Source: Shigella phage Sf12. Taken from it: a stretch of DNA of 47,647 bases. Positions 1 to 8,140 of this stretch are shown here, piece after piece (positions within the stretch are counted from its first letter, which is position 1; every line of letters begins with the position of its first letter). The notes beneath the pieces were generated by a model that was not told the DNA's origin, searched no databases, and was given only the letters and a program-made list of their open reading frames with translations. The stretch lies in sequence record MF158039; one strand, written 5' to 3'. The translations under genes were made by a program, and so were the position numbers.

Positions 1-257
1 ATATATATATATTAAGGACTTATGGCGTAAGTCATGGCGTAGCTTGGCGTACCTCGCGTAACGATGGCGGCTCAGCTTACATCGCGCTACTGAGGTTACG
101 TGTATATGAAGGAAAAGGCCATGGCGAGCGATAAAACCAACCAACTAGTTGATACACTCCCCTTCATTCCATCCATCCATCAACCATTGCTCAATTCGCA
201 ACAGTCCAGAAAATCATTGCAATCGATGCAATATTGCTATACATGCAATAGTACTGT
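1..257. repeat. Terminal direct repeat, left copy (identical to 47391..47647); true length may be longer because the window ends inside it
   Basis: Exact identity of window start and end read directly; repeat period 47,390 bp. Confidence 0.9.
24..70. repeat. Five GGCGTA-type direct repeats phased at about 10 bp inside the terminal repeat
   Basis: GGCGTA at 24, 36, 46, (G)CGTA at 56, GGCGG at 66; one helical turn apart. Confidence 0.7.
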
Positions 258-280
258 GAATCATTGCAATATCTGCAACA
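185..280. repeat. Cluster of ATTGCAAT / TGCAAT palindromic short repeats inside the terminal repeat
   Basis: cattgcaat at 215 and 262, tgcaat at 227 and 244, tgcaac at 274, attgctcaat at 186. Confidence 0.6.
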
Positions 281-296
281 ATCCATAAATCGAACG

Positions 297-342
297 AATA
301 GCACTTTTTGCTAATGACCATTCAGCCCTGATTGGCTATAGT
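297..342 (+). promoter_or_regulatory. Junction cassette copy: palindrome TAGCA-N5-TGCTA (299..313) then -10-like TATAGT (337..342) and conserved leader
   Basis: aatagcactttttgctaatg; 23-bp gap to TATAGT; leader acaacgaggagagaaagaATG. Confidence 0.55.
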
Positions 343-370
343 TATCACATCAACAACGAGGAGAGAAAGA

Positions 371-589
371 ATGAAAGCGATTATTATCAACAACGAAATC
401 AAGTTTGACGAAGATGCATTGACTCTGGCTGATATGGGTTATGAGATTGGTGAAGAGGTTGAAGTGTTTGAACTTGAAGGTGAGTACTTCATTGATGCAA
501 AGTGCGATGTTGTCATTGATGGCATTGTGGCTATTTACGAAAGTGAGGAGTTCACCGTTACCACAGAAGAAATCGAGGTATTAGCATGA
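371..589 (+). CDS. Hypothetical small acidic protein (ORF 332..589, start refined to ATG 371 behind conserved leader)
   Basis: ORF track; SD gaggag 8 bp upstream of ATG 371. Confidence 0.5.
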   Translation: MKAIIINNEIKFDEDALTLADMGYEIGEEVEVFELEGEYFIDAKCDVVIDGIVAIYESEEFTVTTEEIEVLA

Positions 590-825
590 AGATTCGCTGC
601 GCCAACTGTATAACTAGCACCGACAAGAAGATTGCAACGCCATTCGTAAAAGGCTCTTTATACGACGCTGAGCCGCTAATCATTAACGGCAAGACAATCC
701 CGAACGAGTGGGTGATTAATGGCGCTGAGCGTCCGCACAAGCACGATTCGGGGTGGATTGCTATCGCTGGTTGGAATGTTGGAATGTTTATACCTGGAGT
801 AGCAACTTTTGATGAGGTGAAGTAA
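586..825 (+). CDS. Hypothetical protein, 79 aa (Cys-rich N-terminus CANC)
   Basis: ORF track; ATGA start/stop overlap with previous gene. Confidence 0.45.
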   Translation: MKIRCANCITSTDKKIATPFVKGSLYDAEPLIINGKTIPNEWVINGAERPHKHDSGWIAIAGWNVGMFIPGVATFDEVK

Positions 826-978
826 ATGCTTAAACCATCTGACTTGAACTATTACGATCTAGAAACCATAGCCAAGTACAGCGGAAAGGGCTGGCCTGTT
901 GGTGACTACTTTAAGGAAGACCTTATAGAGAGCTTCGATATTGTTCAGAAAGCAATTGCAAAAGCGGCGAAGAAATAG
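826..978 (+). CDS. Hypothetical small protein, about 50 aa
   Basis: TAAATG coupling to previous gene; stop TAG is embedded in the next junction palindrome. Confidence 0.3.
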   Translation: MLKPSDLNYYDLETIAKYSGKGWPVGDYFKEDLIESFDIVQKAIAKAAKK

Positions 979-1018
979 CATTAATTGTTAAAGCCCTTCG
1001 GGGCTTATCATGTATATT
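975..1018 (+). promoter_or_regulatory. Junction cassette copy: palindrome TAGCA-N5-TGTTA (976..990), GC hairpin aagcccttcggggctt (991..1006) in spacer, -10-like TATATT (1013..1018)
   Basis: Read directly; leader aaacgagaggatttaaccATG. Confidence 0.5.
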
Positions 1019-1047
1019 CAATTAAAAGCAAACGAGAGGATTTAACC

Positions 1048-1401
1048 ATGGCTACTACACTGACTAAGAATTGGGTTAACGCTGAAAACAAACTATTTAA
1101 AGCTCGCGTTAAAGATGAGGTTGAGCAAATTAAGGTCGATGGCAAGTGGGTTAATCTCGAAATTAACGGTCATTACATTAAGACAAAGACACTACTTTGC
1201 ACCAAGGTTGACCACAGCAATCCACTCAAGAAATCATTTACTGAAGGAAAGCGTTATCAGATTTCTATGCATGCTGGATTAGGTCGTAATGCTGGCTACA
1301 TTTATGACAATGAAGGTGATGGCTGGCAACTTACTCGCGATGATGAGGTTGGCTATGATGTTGGTTATGGCATGTATAAATTTGAAGCTCAGTATAAGTA
1401 A
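1048..1401 (+). CDS. Hypothetical protein, about 117 aa (ORF 985..1401, start refined)
   Basis: ORF track; SD gagagga before ATG 1048. Confidence 0.5.
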   Translation: MATTLTKNWVNAENKLFKARVKDEVEQIKVDGKWVNLEINGHYIKTKTLLCTKVDHSNPLKKSFTEGKRYQISMHAGLGRNAGYIYDNEGDGWQLTRDDEVGYDVGYGMYKFEAQYK

Positions 1402-1446
1402 ATAGCACTTTTTGTTAATGACACTACCCGCTTCGGCGGGTATATT
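1400..1446 (+). promoter_or_regulatory. Junction cassette copy: palindrome TAGCA-N5-TGTTA (1403..1417), -35-like ATGACA, hairpin cccgcttcggcggg (1427..1440), -10 TATATT (1441..1446)
   Basis: ATGACA-17 bp-TATATT fits sigma70 spacing; leader ccatcgataacaacgagagagaataagATG. Confidence 0.6.
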
Positions 1447-1478
1447 TATAGCCATCGATAACAACGAGAGAGAATAAG

Positions 1479-3062
1479 ATGTTTGATTTTAACGAAGATA
1501 AGTTATCAGTAGAACAGGTAATGTCTGTAGCTGCAGCTGAGAATCTGCCACCTTTACGAGTTGCTATTAATGCAAATGGCTATCGCCAGAGCGCTTCATT
1601 CTGGAAAGCTCCTGTTGAGATTGATTCAACTGGTGATAAATATCCGGTCATTTCACTTGGAAATGATTGTGATGTCGTTGGTAAGTTATCAAGCAATATC
1701 GCACGCTCAGTTCAGTTCCCTGAGTCATCTGCTTATATGCATTTTCTTGGCTGCATATCAGCAGCAATGCTTGGTCGCTTCACTGTTGAATACCATGGAA
1801 CTCAGCAGCCTACATCCCTGTACGTCGTGACCAGTCAGCCACCATCAACTGGTAAATCTGCTATTAACTCATTATCAATCGCGCCAATGATTGCAGAGAC
1901 TGAACGACTGAATGAATTACGCAAGCGCGACCGTAAGAAGATTATGGCCAAATTGTCAGCGCTAGCCAAAGAGATGAAGCAGGAGAAGTCACCATCAGAG
2001 ATGGCTGGATTATTCGAAGAGAAAGAGGAACTGGAGGAGAAGTTAGAAAAGCTGTGTGACATTGTTTTTCCGGTGTCCGATACCACGCCTGAAGGCCTTG
2101 CTCGAATCAACAGTCGACAGGGTAACTTTTCAGTAATCTCCGATGAAGCAACTAGCGTGAACTCACTGTTAGGCATGACATATGGTGACGGCTCAAAGAA
2201 AACTAACAGCGAGCTGGTACTTAAAGCATGGGATGCTGGCAACGTATCTATCGCGCGTGCGAATGCAGAGAACAACATGAGCTTCATTGCCATGGGTTGT
2301 ATCTCGGTAATTGCGCAGGATGAAACAATCGTGGCCATCATGAATGCCGGCGCGCGTGGTATCGGTGTATCCGAACGTTTCTTGCTTGTGCGTGAAAAAT
2401 CATTCCTTGGTGAGCGTGTGTTCGTCGATGATGATGGCGAGTCAACATATGAACCAATTGATGGAGCTCTGAAGGCTGATTACTTCCGTCTGGTACATGA
2501 AATTATGAATGAGCAAGATGTTAAGCTGACTGTCAGCAATTCGGCAATGAAGCATCTCAATCGCGCGCGGCAGGAAATGGAGCCTCACCTTGCAGATGGC
2601 GGCAAATATTCACATACAATGCTGCGCGGCGCTTTGGGTAAAATGGATAAGCAGGTAATTCGACTTGCAGCAGTTCTTCACACTATCCGTAACTGGTTTA
2701 ACCCTAACGGCGGTAGTCCGCAGAAATCCAGAGAGATTGAACTGGAAACGATGCAGGAGGCTTTATTAATGTTTGAAGAGCTTAGTAAGACTTACTTGTC
2801 TTCCGCTAATGCTGCTGGTCACGCAGGTGATAATGCAGAGATGAATAAGCTAATTGATATCCTGATTAAGCAAGGCAAGAACAGCAAAGGAGTTGTAGGG
2901 TTGCGCTCACTTTATGAGGCTGCGCGTAAGGTTCGACCTTTTGAGGCTCAGACTGGCGTAATGGCTAAGATTAAAGACCATTTACTGCCGATGCTTGATG
3001 AGAAAAACTACACCTGCCTGATTGGTGATAAGGTTTACATTAATCCACGACTGCTGGGGTAA
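1479..3062 (+). CDS. P-loop NTPase-containing protein, 527 aa; N- and C-terminal segments are paralogous to 46060..46605
   Basis: Walker A-like QPPSTGKS; N-term MFDFNEDKL..NLPPLRVAINANGY and C-term KGVVGLRS..CLIGDKVYINPRLL shared with short paralog. Confidence 0.6.
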   Translation: MFDFNEDKLSVEQVMSVAAAENLPPLRVAINANGYRQSASFWKAPVEIDSTGDKYPVISLGNDCDVVGKLSSNIARSVQFPESSAYMHFLGCISAAMLGRFTVEYHGTQQPTSLYVVTSQPPSTGKSAINSLSIAPMIAETERLNELRKRDRKKIMAKLSALAKEMKQEKSPSEMAGLFEEKEELEEKLEKLCDIVFPVSDTTPEGLARINSRQGNFSVISDEATSVNSLLGMTYGDGSKKTNSELVLKAWDAGNVSIARANAENNMSFIAMGCISVIAQDETIVAIMNAGARGIGVSERFLLVREKSFLGERVFVDDDGESTYEPIDGALKADYFRLVHEIMNEQDVKLTVSNSAMKHLNRARQEMEPHLADGGKYSHTMLRGALGKMDKQVIRLAAVLHTIRNWFNPNGGSPQKSREIELETMQEALLMFEELSKTYLSSANAAGHAGDNAEMNKLIDILIKQGKNSKGVVGLRSLYEAARKVRPFEAQTGVMAKIKDHLLPMLDEKNYTCLIGDKVYINPRLLG

Positions 3063-3065
3063 TTT

Positions 3066-3401
3066 ATGTTCATACTGGATGTGTTCAGGTTCTGCGAGAG
3101 TTACGAGCGATTCAACAGACAGCATTTGGCGGTATTCATTTACCGCCACAAGGACTGTGAACGCATGGCCAAATCCGCTAGAGTTACCACAAGGTACTTT
3201 GCATCATCTGCTTCAAAGGAGTTTTTAGCGAGGTGCATGACTGAAGGTTACATCGATGGGGTTAATGGTAATTACTGGAGTAAAGGTAGCACAAAGCGAC
3301 CGTTCGGATTCAGCTTCAGATGCCTTAATGGTGAGAGTGATAAGTACACCAATGAGATGATGACGATAAAAGAAATGACAGACGACCAATTGTTCGCATA
3401 A
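3066..3401 (+). CDS. Hypothetical protein, 111 aa
   Basis: ORF track; followed by bidirectional terminator. Confidence 0.4.
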   Translation: MFILDVFRFCESYERFNRQHLAVFIYRHKDCERMAKSARVTTRYFASSASKEFLARCMTEGYIDGVNGNYWSKGSTKRPFGFSFRCLNGESDKYTNEMMTIKEMTDDQLFA

Positions 3402-3407
3402 AAGAAA

Positions 3408-3429
3408 GGAGCCATTAGGCTCCTTTTTT
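3408..3429. terminator. Bidirectional rho-independent terminator between convergent blocks
   Basis: Hairpin ggagccattaggctcc followed by tttttt; T-rich on the other strand too. Confidence 0.65.
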
Positions 3430-3819
3430 GTTTCCTGCAAATCTTAAAGCGAAGTAAGTTAGCAATCCAGAAACTAATCCGGCCAAGACCCCCCAAACCA
3501 AAGAGTCAAAACCAGAATTTTCAGTGCTATGAATCTCAATCTTTTCAGCCGTTATTGTGTTAGCTGAGAGACCAGTAGCAGCAGTCTTTTTCTGGCTTGA
3601 TGAGTCTACATCTCTGTTTGTTGAGTTTCGCATATCGCTTTCTACAGAGCTAGATTTGTCTGTCTGATTTGATAGTCCAACCCCTGTCTTCTGGTTAGAC
3701 TCACCAACCTGAGCTGTTGCCTCAACTCCGTCCTTTGTTGGTAACAAATCAGAAATGGCTGACATGGCAGAGCAACCAGTCAGTAAGGTAATTGCCAGAA
3801 CTACAACTCCGAGACGCAT
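3415..3819 (-). CDS. Unimolecular spanin-like lysis protein (N-terminal lipoprotein signal plus C-terminal transmembrane helix)
   Basis: Lipobox LLTGC at N-terminus; C-terminal hydrophobic WGVLAGLVSGLLTYFAL then NKKGA; directly downstream of endolysin. Confidence 0.6.
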   Translation of the reverse strand: MRLGVVVLAITLLTGCSAMSAISDLLPTKDGVEATAQVGESNQKTGVGLSNQTDKSSSVESDMRNSTNRDVDSSSQKKTAATGLSANTITAEKIEIHSTENSGFDSLVWGVLAGLVSGLLTYFALRFAGNKKGA

Positions 3820-4286
3820 AACTTAATCTCCGCGTTACGCCTGTTAACCAGGCCTTTGCTCACAACTTTCTTGCCACCAACGCTAATTTTATTCCACATT
3901 GATAGCGCCTCACATCCACCACGAATATCACCACGATTCATGCGCCTGATAACAGTTGAATTGCGCATTGCATTGGTTCCGACATTGAATGAAAAACTAT
4001 ACAGTGCCGCCCTGGTGCTTACCGGAACCTCCACCTTCAGAGCTTTATCTACGGCAGCTCGATGAATTGACAGATGCTTCATAAGAAGTGCGTCACATTC
4101 TCGCTGGGTGTAAACCTTACCACGAATAACGTCAGGACCAGTGATACCAGCACAAACAGTCCATACTCCAGCAATGTCCTTATAAGGCCTGTGCTCAACG
4201 CCTTCATGCTCATTCAGGAATGGAACAGCTAGCGCCATAGCACCAGCGACTGCTGAGCCTATAATCTTATTCTTAAAACTCATCAC
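3801..4286 (-). CDS. SAR endolysin (phage lysozyme, T4-lysozyme/GH24-like catalytic motif)
   Basis: E-x8-D-x5-T motif in EGVEHRPYKDIAGVWT; Gly/Ala-rich N-terminal signal-anchor IIGSAVAGAMALAVPFL. Confidence 0.8.
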   Translation of the reverse strand: MMSFKNKIIGSAVAGAMALAVPFLNEHEGVEHRPYKDIAGVWTVCAGITGPDVIRGKVYTQRECDALLMKHLSIHRAAVDKALKVEVPVSTRAALYSFSFNVGTNAMRNSTVIRRMNRGDIRGGCEALSMWNKISVGGKKVVSKGLVNRRNAEIKLCVSEL

Positions 4287-4498
4287 TTGCTCCTTATCCT
4301 CATTGCCTCGCGAATGTCGCCATCCTCAAGTGCTTTATGGAGCGCCTTACTGTCACGCCAGCGCAGCCATGCGCCAAAAATACCAAAGCATACGGCAATA
4401 ACTAAGCCAATAATGCCGATGATTGTGTTGTCAGATAAACCGCCGCCCATAGCTACTCCGCTACCGGACAAAGCGGCTGCGTCATAGAAATGCTTCAT
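4283..4498 (-). CDS. Holin (probably pinholin partner of the SAR endolysin)
   Basis: 71 aa, hydrophobic IIGIIGLVIAVCFGIFGAWL, charged C-terminus; overlaps endolysin start. Confidence 0.6.
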   Translation of the reverse strand: MKHFYDAAALSGSGVAMGGGLSDNTIIGIIGLVIAVCFGIFGAWLRWRDSKALHKALEDGDIREAMRIRSK

Positions 4499-4612
4499 GT
4501 TGCGGCCTCTTTAAGTTGATTTGGTTAAATAATACCAGACATTAACCTTTGACATAAACGAAAAAAGGCAGCCTTAAAGGCCGCCTGTTTGCAACATGAT
4601 GTTTTATATGGC

Positions 4613-4786
4613 TTAGTCTGCGATAATGAATTCCACCAGTTCTCCATCAATGGGAGCGAAGATCCAAGTCATGTCATCGCCATAAATCTTGTAGTTACCA
4701 TCACCCTGGTACTCACCACTGTATGGATTATTTACAGTAAAAGGCAGTGATTTAGATTTGTTGCTAACGCAGAATAATTTAGTCAT
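4613..4786 (-). CDS. Hypothetical small protein, 57 aa
   Basis: Hand-translated MTKLFCVSNK...; preceded by hairpin plus T-run. Confidence 0.3.
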   Translation of the reverse strand: MTKLFCVSNKSKSLPFTVNNPYSGEYQGDGNYKIYGDDMTWIFAPIDGELVEFIIAD

Positions 4787-4798
4787 TTTGATAATCTC

Positions 4799-4987
4799 TC
4801 AACGGTTTACGCAAATAAGCGTTTTTACATTAATCGGGAAGCAGTTGCCACCCACGGTCTTAATCATTACAAAAGTACAGCTAGGGTAATACTCAAGGAT
4901 TGTAGACTTAACTTTCTGCGGTGGGCAATTTGAGAACAAAACTTCATCACCCACCTTAACCATATCAGCTTTAATTGTTTGCAGCAT
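4799..4987 (-). CDS. Hypothetical protein, 62 aa
   Basis: ORF track. Confidence 0.35.
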   Translation of the reverse strand: MLQTIKADMVKVGDEVLFSNCPPQKVKSTILEYYPSCTFVMIKTVGGNCFPINVKTLICVNR

Positions 4988-5172
4988 TAACGCTCCCCAA
5001 GTGCCGAAAGGATTGCATAAGCGATTTCACGTGCATTCTTAGCGGTAAGGTTAATGGTGTCGACTTTTACATCTTCTTCGCTAGATCCATAAGCCTGCGC
5101 AATCTTAAATGTCTTACCAAAGCCAACATCTTTAACTTCGATTTGTGCATCTGATTGTGTGAACTTAGCCAT
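4987..5172 (-). CDS. Hypothetical protein, about 61 aa (ORF 4987..5238, start refined to ATG 5172 behind conserved leader)
   Basis: Leader ccatcgaaacaaacgagaggataaaaagATG. Confidence 0.45.
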   Translation of the reverse strand: MAKFTQSDAQIEVKDVGFGKTFKIAQAYGSSEEDVKVDTINLTAKNAREIAYAILSALGER

Positions 5173-5204
5173 CTTTTTATCCTCTCGTTTGTTTCGATGG
5201 AGTA

Positions 5205-5250
5205 AATATACGCCATCTTTTGATTTCTGTTTTAGCAATTCGTGCTATTT
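5205..5250 (-). promoter_or_regulatory. Junction cassette copy: palindrome (5233..5247) and -10-like TATATT (complement of 5205..5210)
   Basis: ttagcaattcgtgctattt; stop codon of HNH gene lies in the palindrome. Confidence 0.55.
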
Positions 5251-5703
5251 ACCGTGTCTTTCTGTGAAGCAATGATTTGACTCATAGAAGCTGACTGCTA
5301 GCGCCTTTGCCTCATCAAAACTATCAAATGTTCTATGAATCCTGTGATTGTCCTTTTGCAATTGAACTGTGTATTTACCCTTAGCTTTATTGTAAGAAAC
5401 TCCTGTTTGTCCTGTTTTGTTATCTTTTCTCATCGCTGCGTTTTTGCAGTTTACCAGCCTATCTACACATCTTAAGTTTTCTATTCTGTTGTCGTGCTTT
5501 ATTCCATTCAGGTGATCTATCTCCATACCTTTAGTTATCTCACCATTGTGCATTTCCCATATAACTCGGTGGGCAAAAGTCATTTTGTGACCAACCTTTG
5601 TTCTTACGTAGCCCCTTCTGTCAATATACCCAGCCACTGAATTTGTTGTCTTCCTGATTAGATTGCCTTTGTCGTATATGTAGTGTTTATTCCAATCTTC
5701 CAC
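5245..5703 (-). CDS. HNH homing endonuclease (HNH plus AP2-like C-terminal domain)
   Basis: EIDHLNGIKHDNRIENLRCV motif; paralogous to four other copies in the window. Confidence 0.8.
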   Translation of the reverse strand: MEDWNKHYIYDKGNLIRKTTNSVAGYIDRRGYVRTKVGHKMTFAHRVIWEMHNGEITKGMEIDHLNGIKHDNRIENLRCVDRLVNCKNAAMRKDNKTGQTGVSYNKAKGKYTVQLQKDNHRIHRTFDSFDEAKALAVSFYESNHCFTERHGK

Positions 5704-5745
5704 TATTTTCTCTCTTCAAGTGTTGGGGCCTAAGCCCCTGTTTTA

Positions 5746-6876
5746 TTATTTAAACATTTCTGGTCTGCATGTGAATCGACCAATCTCGCCGTAATCTTTT
5801 GAGTAGATAATAACTGATGCCTGTCGGTATGAGCGGTAACCGCCGTTTGCGCTATAAGCATCTTTAGCACCCAGTTGCCCGTGAGACTCATCAATACCAA
5901 GGTTTCCTTCAGTAATTGTCTGGTGGTGATAGTGGCCGGAATGCGTGTAAACGTATTCAGCATTACCAAATGCTTTTCGATGATCTCTTGCAAGTGTTGA
6001 AAGTCGAGTGTCAGGCTTTCGTAGCTCATGCCCATGACAGTAACCAAGAAGTGTTTTTCCAAACTCAGTCACATGCAATGCGGCTGGAGATGCATCAACA
6101 TTAACTCGGGGCTCATCCATGTAGAATGCTGCCATTGCTGCCCTCAACCAAATCATTCCGCTTAAATCGTGGTTGCCAGGGATAATCTGAACTTCAACCT
6201 CGGCGTGCTTATCAAGCATCTTGCTAATTGCTCGACGAGTAGACCTAACTGCAACGTAAACCAATTTATGATAGCGGCTATCCTGATCTAGCACGTGATG
6301 GCTAGTTGGTGTTACCGCCTCCATGCCGTCAGAATGAAGAAAATCACCGCCAATCAACAACACGGCTTTGCTTGAGTTCGGTGATTTCGCCACAGCGTAA
6401 TCAAAGTAATCATTAAGAACTCGCTCAGCGATTTCTGTGCTATAGTTTTCACCGCATTCGGCATGGTGAGCCATAGCGCCAATGTGCATATCAAAAACAG
6501 GGTAAAGAGCAAGTGTATCTTCATAGCTTGATTCATTTAGCTTCTTCGGTTTCTCGCGAGGCAATTCATCAGTAAGCGCTTTGATTGCAGCCTCCATCAT
6601 TTCTAGCTGCTTCTCTTTATCTTGATCGCTCTTAACCCATTGCTGCTTAATCTCTCCATCTTCACCAATAAGCGTTGAGACACCCTTCACTGCATAGCCA
6701 GTTGGAATGAGGTTACTCACATCACGACCATGACCCTCCCCAGCCTTAGCAAGCTTACCGCGACGCAGTTCTACGTTGCGAATATTCATACCGTACTTCT
6801 CTGCGATTGATTTGTTAGTCATACCGTTAGCCAGTTCTTCTTTAAGTTGTTCGTTCGTAATTTTAGCGATAGCCAT
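5746..6876 (-). CDS. Calcineurin-like metallophosphoesterase with N-terminal HTH-like segment
   Basis: Motifs DMHIG, GGDFLHSDG, GNHD, GHYHH; N-terminus MTNKSIAEKYGMNIRNVELRRGKL. Confidence 0.7.
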   Translation of the reverse strand: MAIAKITNEQLKEELANGMTNKSIAEKYGMNIRNVELRRGKLAKAGEGHGRDVSNLIPTGYAVKGVSTLIGEDGEIKQQWVKSDQDKEKQLEMMEAAIKALTDELPREKPKKLNESSYEDTLALYPVFDMHIGAMAHHAECGENYSTEIAERVLNDYFDYAVAKSPNSSKAVLLIGGDFLHSDGMEAVTPTSHHVLDQDSRYHKLVYVAVRSTRRAISKMLDKHAEVEVQIIPGNHDLSGMIWLRAAMAAFYMDEPRVNVDASPAALHVTEFGKTLLGYCHGHELRKPDTRLSTLARDHRKAFGNAEYVYTHSGHYHHQTITEGNLGIDESHGQLGAKDAYSANGGYRSYRQASVIIYSKDYGEIGRFTCRPEMFK

Positions 6877-6955
6877 TATTTAATTTCCTGTTAGCAGATT
6901 ATGAAGTACATGATTATAAAGGTTAATGGCATAGCCATCAACGGTAGTAATGTTT

Positions 6956-7159
6956 TCATTGAGCAATTGACCAGTCAAGGTATTCCTTGTCAACTAGGTC
7001 TATCGATATAACATCACCAGTATCATCCTCTATGTATACTATGTAGTCGAAGTCGCTATCAACCTTCTTTACATCATAAACCTTGCCAATTGTCAGGAAA
7101 GTTAAGAAGAAGTCGTGAAGGCTTGTACCAAAAGTTACGTCGTTTAATTTTACTTTCAT
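6956..7159 (-). CDS. Hypothetical protein, 67 aa
   Basis: ORF track; junction cassette upstream. Confidence 0.4.
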   Translation of the reverse strand: MKVKLNDVTFGTSLHDFFLTFLTIGKVYDVKKVDSDFDYIVYIEDDTGDVISIDLVDKEYLDWSIAQ

Positions 7160-7194
7160 TGTTTTACTCTCTTATATCTCGTTTCGATGAACAC

Positions 7195-7240
7195 ACTATA
7201 CGCCATCCATGGCGATGTGTTTTAACAAAAAGTGCTATTT
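7195..7240 (-). promoter_or_regulatory. Junction cassette copy: palindrome-like TAGCA-N5-TGTTA (7223..7237), -10-like TATAGT (complement of 7195..7200)
   Basis: 22-bp gap; leader catcgaaacgagatataagagagtaaaacaATG. Confidence 0.5.
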
Positions 7241-7492
7241 CACTTCTTTTAGCCAATAATCAAGAAACTCAGTTTCAAGCGCTGCGATTGCCGGCGAATA
7301 CTCACTAGGCATCATCATATTGCATCCGGGTGAATAGTACATAAGCTCAGCCTTACCAACTTCAATTTGGACCAGCACATCAAGGTAGTCGGGAGGAATC
7401 CAATCAGAGAAAGGAATCTTCCTGTATGGGACCTCACCAAAAAACACAACAGGATATTTACTCTCATCAAAATCAAGACCTGGTAAATTCAT
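7235..7492 (-). CDS. Hypothetical protein, 85 aa
   Basis: ORF track. Confidence 0.4.
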   Translation of the reverse strand: MNLPGLDFDESKYPVVFFGEVPYRKIPFSDWIPPDYLDVLVQIEVGKAELMYYSPGCNMMMPSEYSPAIAALETEFLDYWLKEVK

Positions 7493-7782
7493 TTCTTCGC
7501 ACCTTTCTTAAATATCTTCTTACCTTCCTCTCTATACATTGCAAGGCTTGGCGTTGCTGGAACTCTTACATACTTACGAGGTCGCTGATTCATATAACTA
7601 AACTTCCCATTGAAAACTACAGAGATGTCGTCGATATCAAAATACTTGCTTATCATCTTGATATCATCCTGTAATCCAGCCTCTCCGCAGTGCGCCCAGA
7701 CCTCAGCCCTTCCGGTTTTTAGTATCATAATCCTAACGATTTCTTTAAAAGGTACATAGCCACAGCCCAATCCGTGGAGCAT
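7489..7782 (-). CDS. Hypothetical protein, 97 aa
   Basis: ORF track; 4-bp overlap with downstream gene. Confidence 0.4.
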   Translation of the reverse strand: MLHGLGCGYVPFKEIVRIMILKTGRAEVWAHCGEAGLQDDIKMISKYFDIDDISVVFNGKFSYMNQRPRKYVRVPATPSLAMYREEGKKIFKKGAKK

Positions 7783-7849
7783 CTTTCTTTAACTGCTGAT
7801 TTTGACATTACCTGTGCATCATTAAATGCTTTGAAATCAAAAATCTTCA

Positions 7850-8140
7850 TTATTTAATCTCCGCATGTTTGCGCACCCAAGCTACACGGGCCGGATTGAG
7901 GTGTTTATTGGCGTCTACCTTATACGCTGACAAACAGCGATCGAAAGGATGCTCCCAGTTAAGACCGGCGTCTGTAAACTGCTGCTGCATCTCTTTGAGC
8001 AAAGCGTAGTCGTCATAATCTGAAAATTGCTCTAGTGAGTAACACAAGCCGCGGCTCCGATCGAACGGCCTGTTTTTTGTTGCGCCAGCGTCAAGCCATG
8101 CAGAATATGCTTTATAGAATGCTTTAAGTTTCTCAGTCAC
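7850..8140 (-). CDS. Hypothetical protein, 96 aa
   Basis: ORF track. Confidence 0.4.
   Translation of the reverse strand: MTEKLKAFYKAYSAWLDAGATKNRPFDRSRGLCYSLEQFSDYDDYALLKEMQQQFTDAGLNWEHPFDRCLSAYKVDANKHLNPARVAWVRKHAEIK

Noticed and set aside
24-280. Short direct repeats in the terminal repeat as a CRISPR array
   Set aside because: Repeat units are only 6-9 bp with 4-bp spacers; no CRISPR-like repeat-spacer geometry and no cas genes
100-288. 62-aa ORF inside the terminal repeat
   Set aside because: Lies entirely within repeat-rich non-coding sequence, has no ribosome-binding site and would be duplicated at both ends
1561-2341. ORFs 1561..1830 (+) and 1835..2341 (-) overlapping the 527-aa gene
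   Set aside because: Alternative-frame or antisense ORFs inside a well-supported long gene
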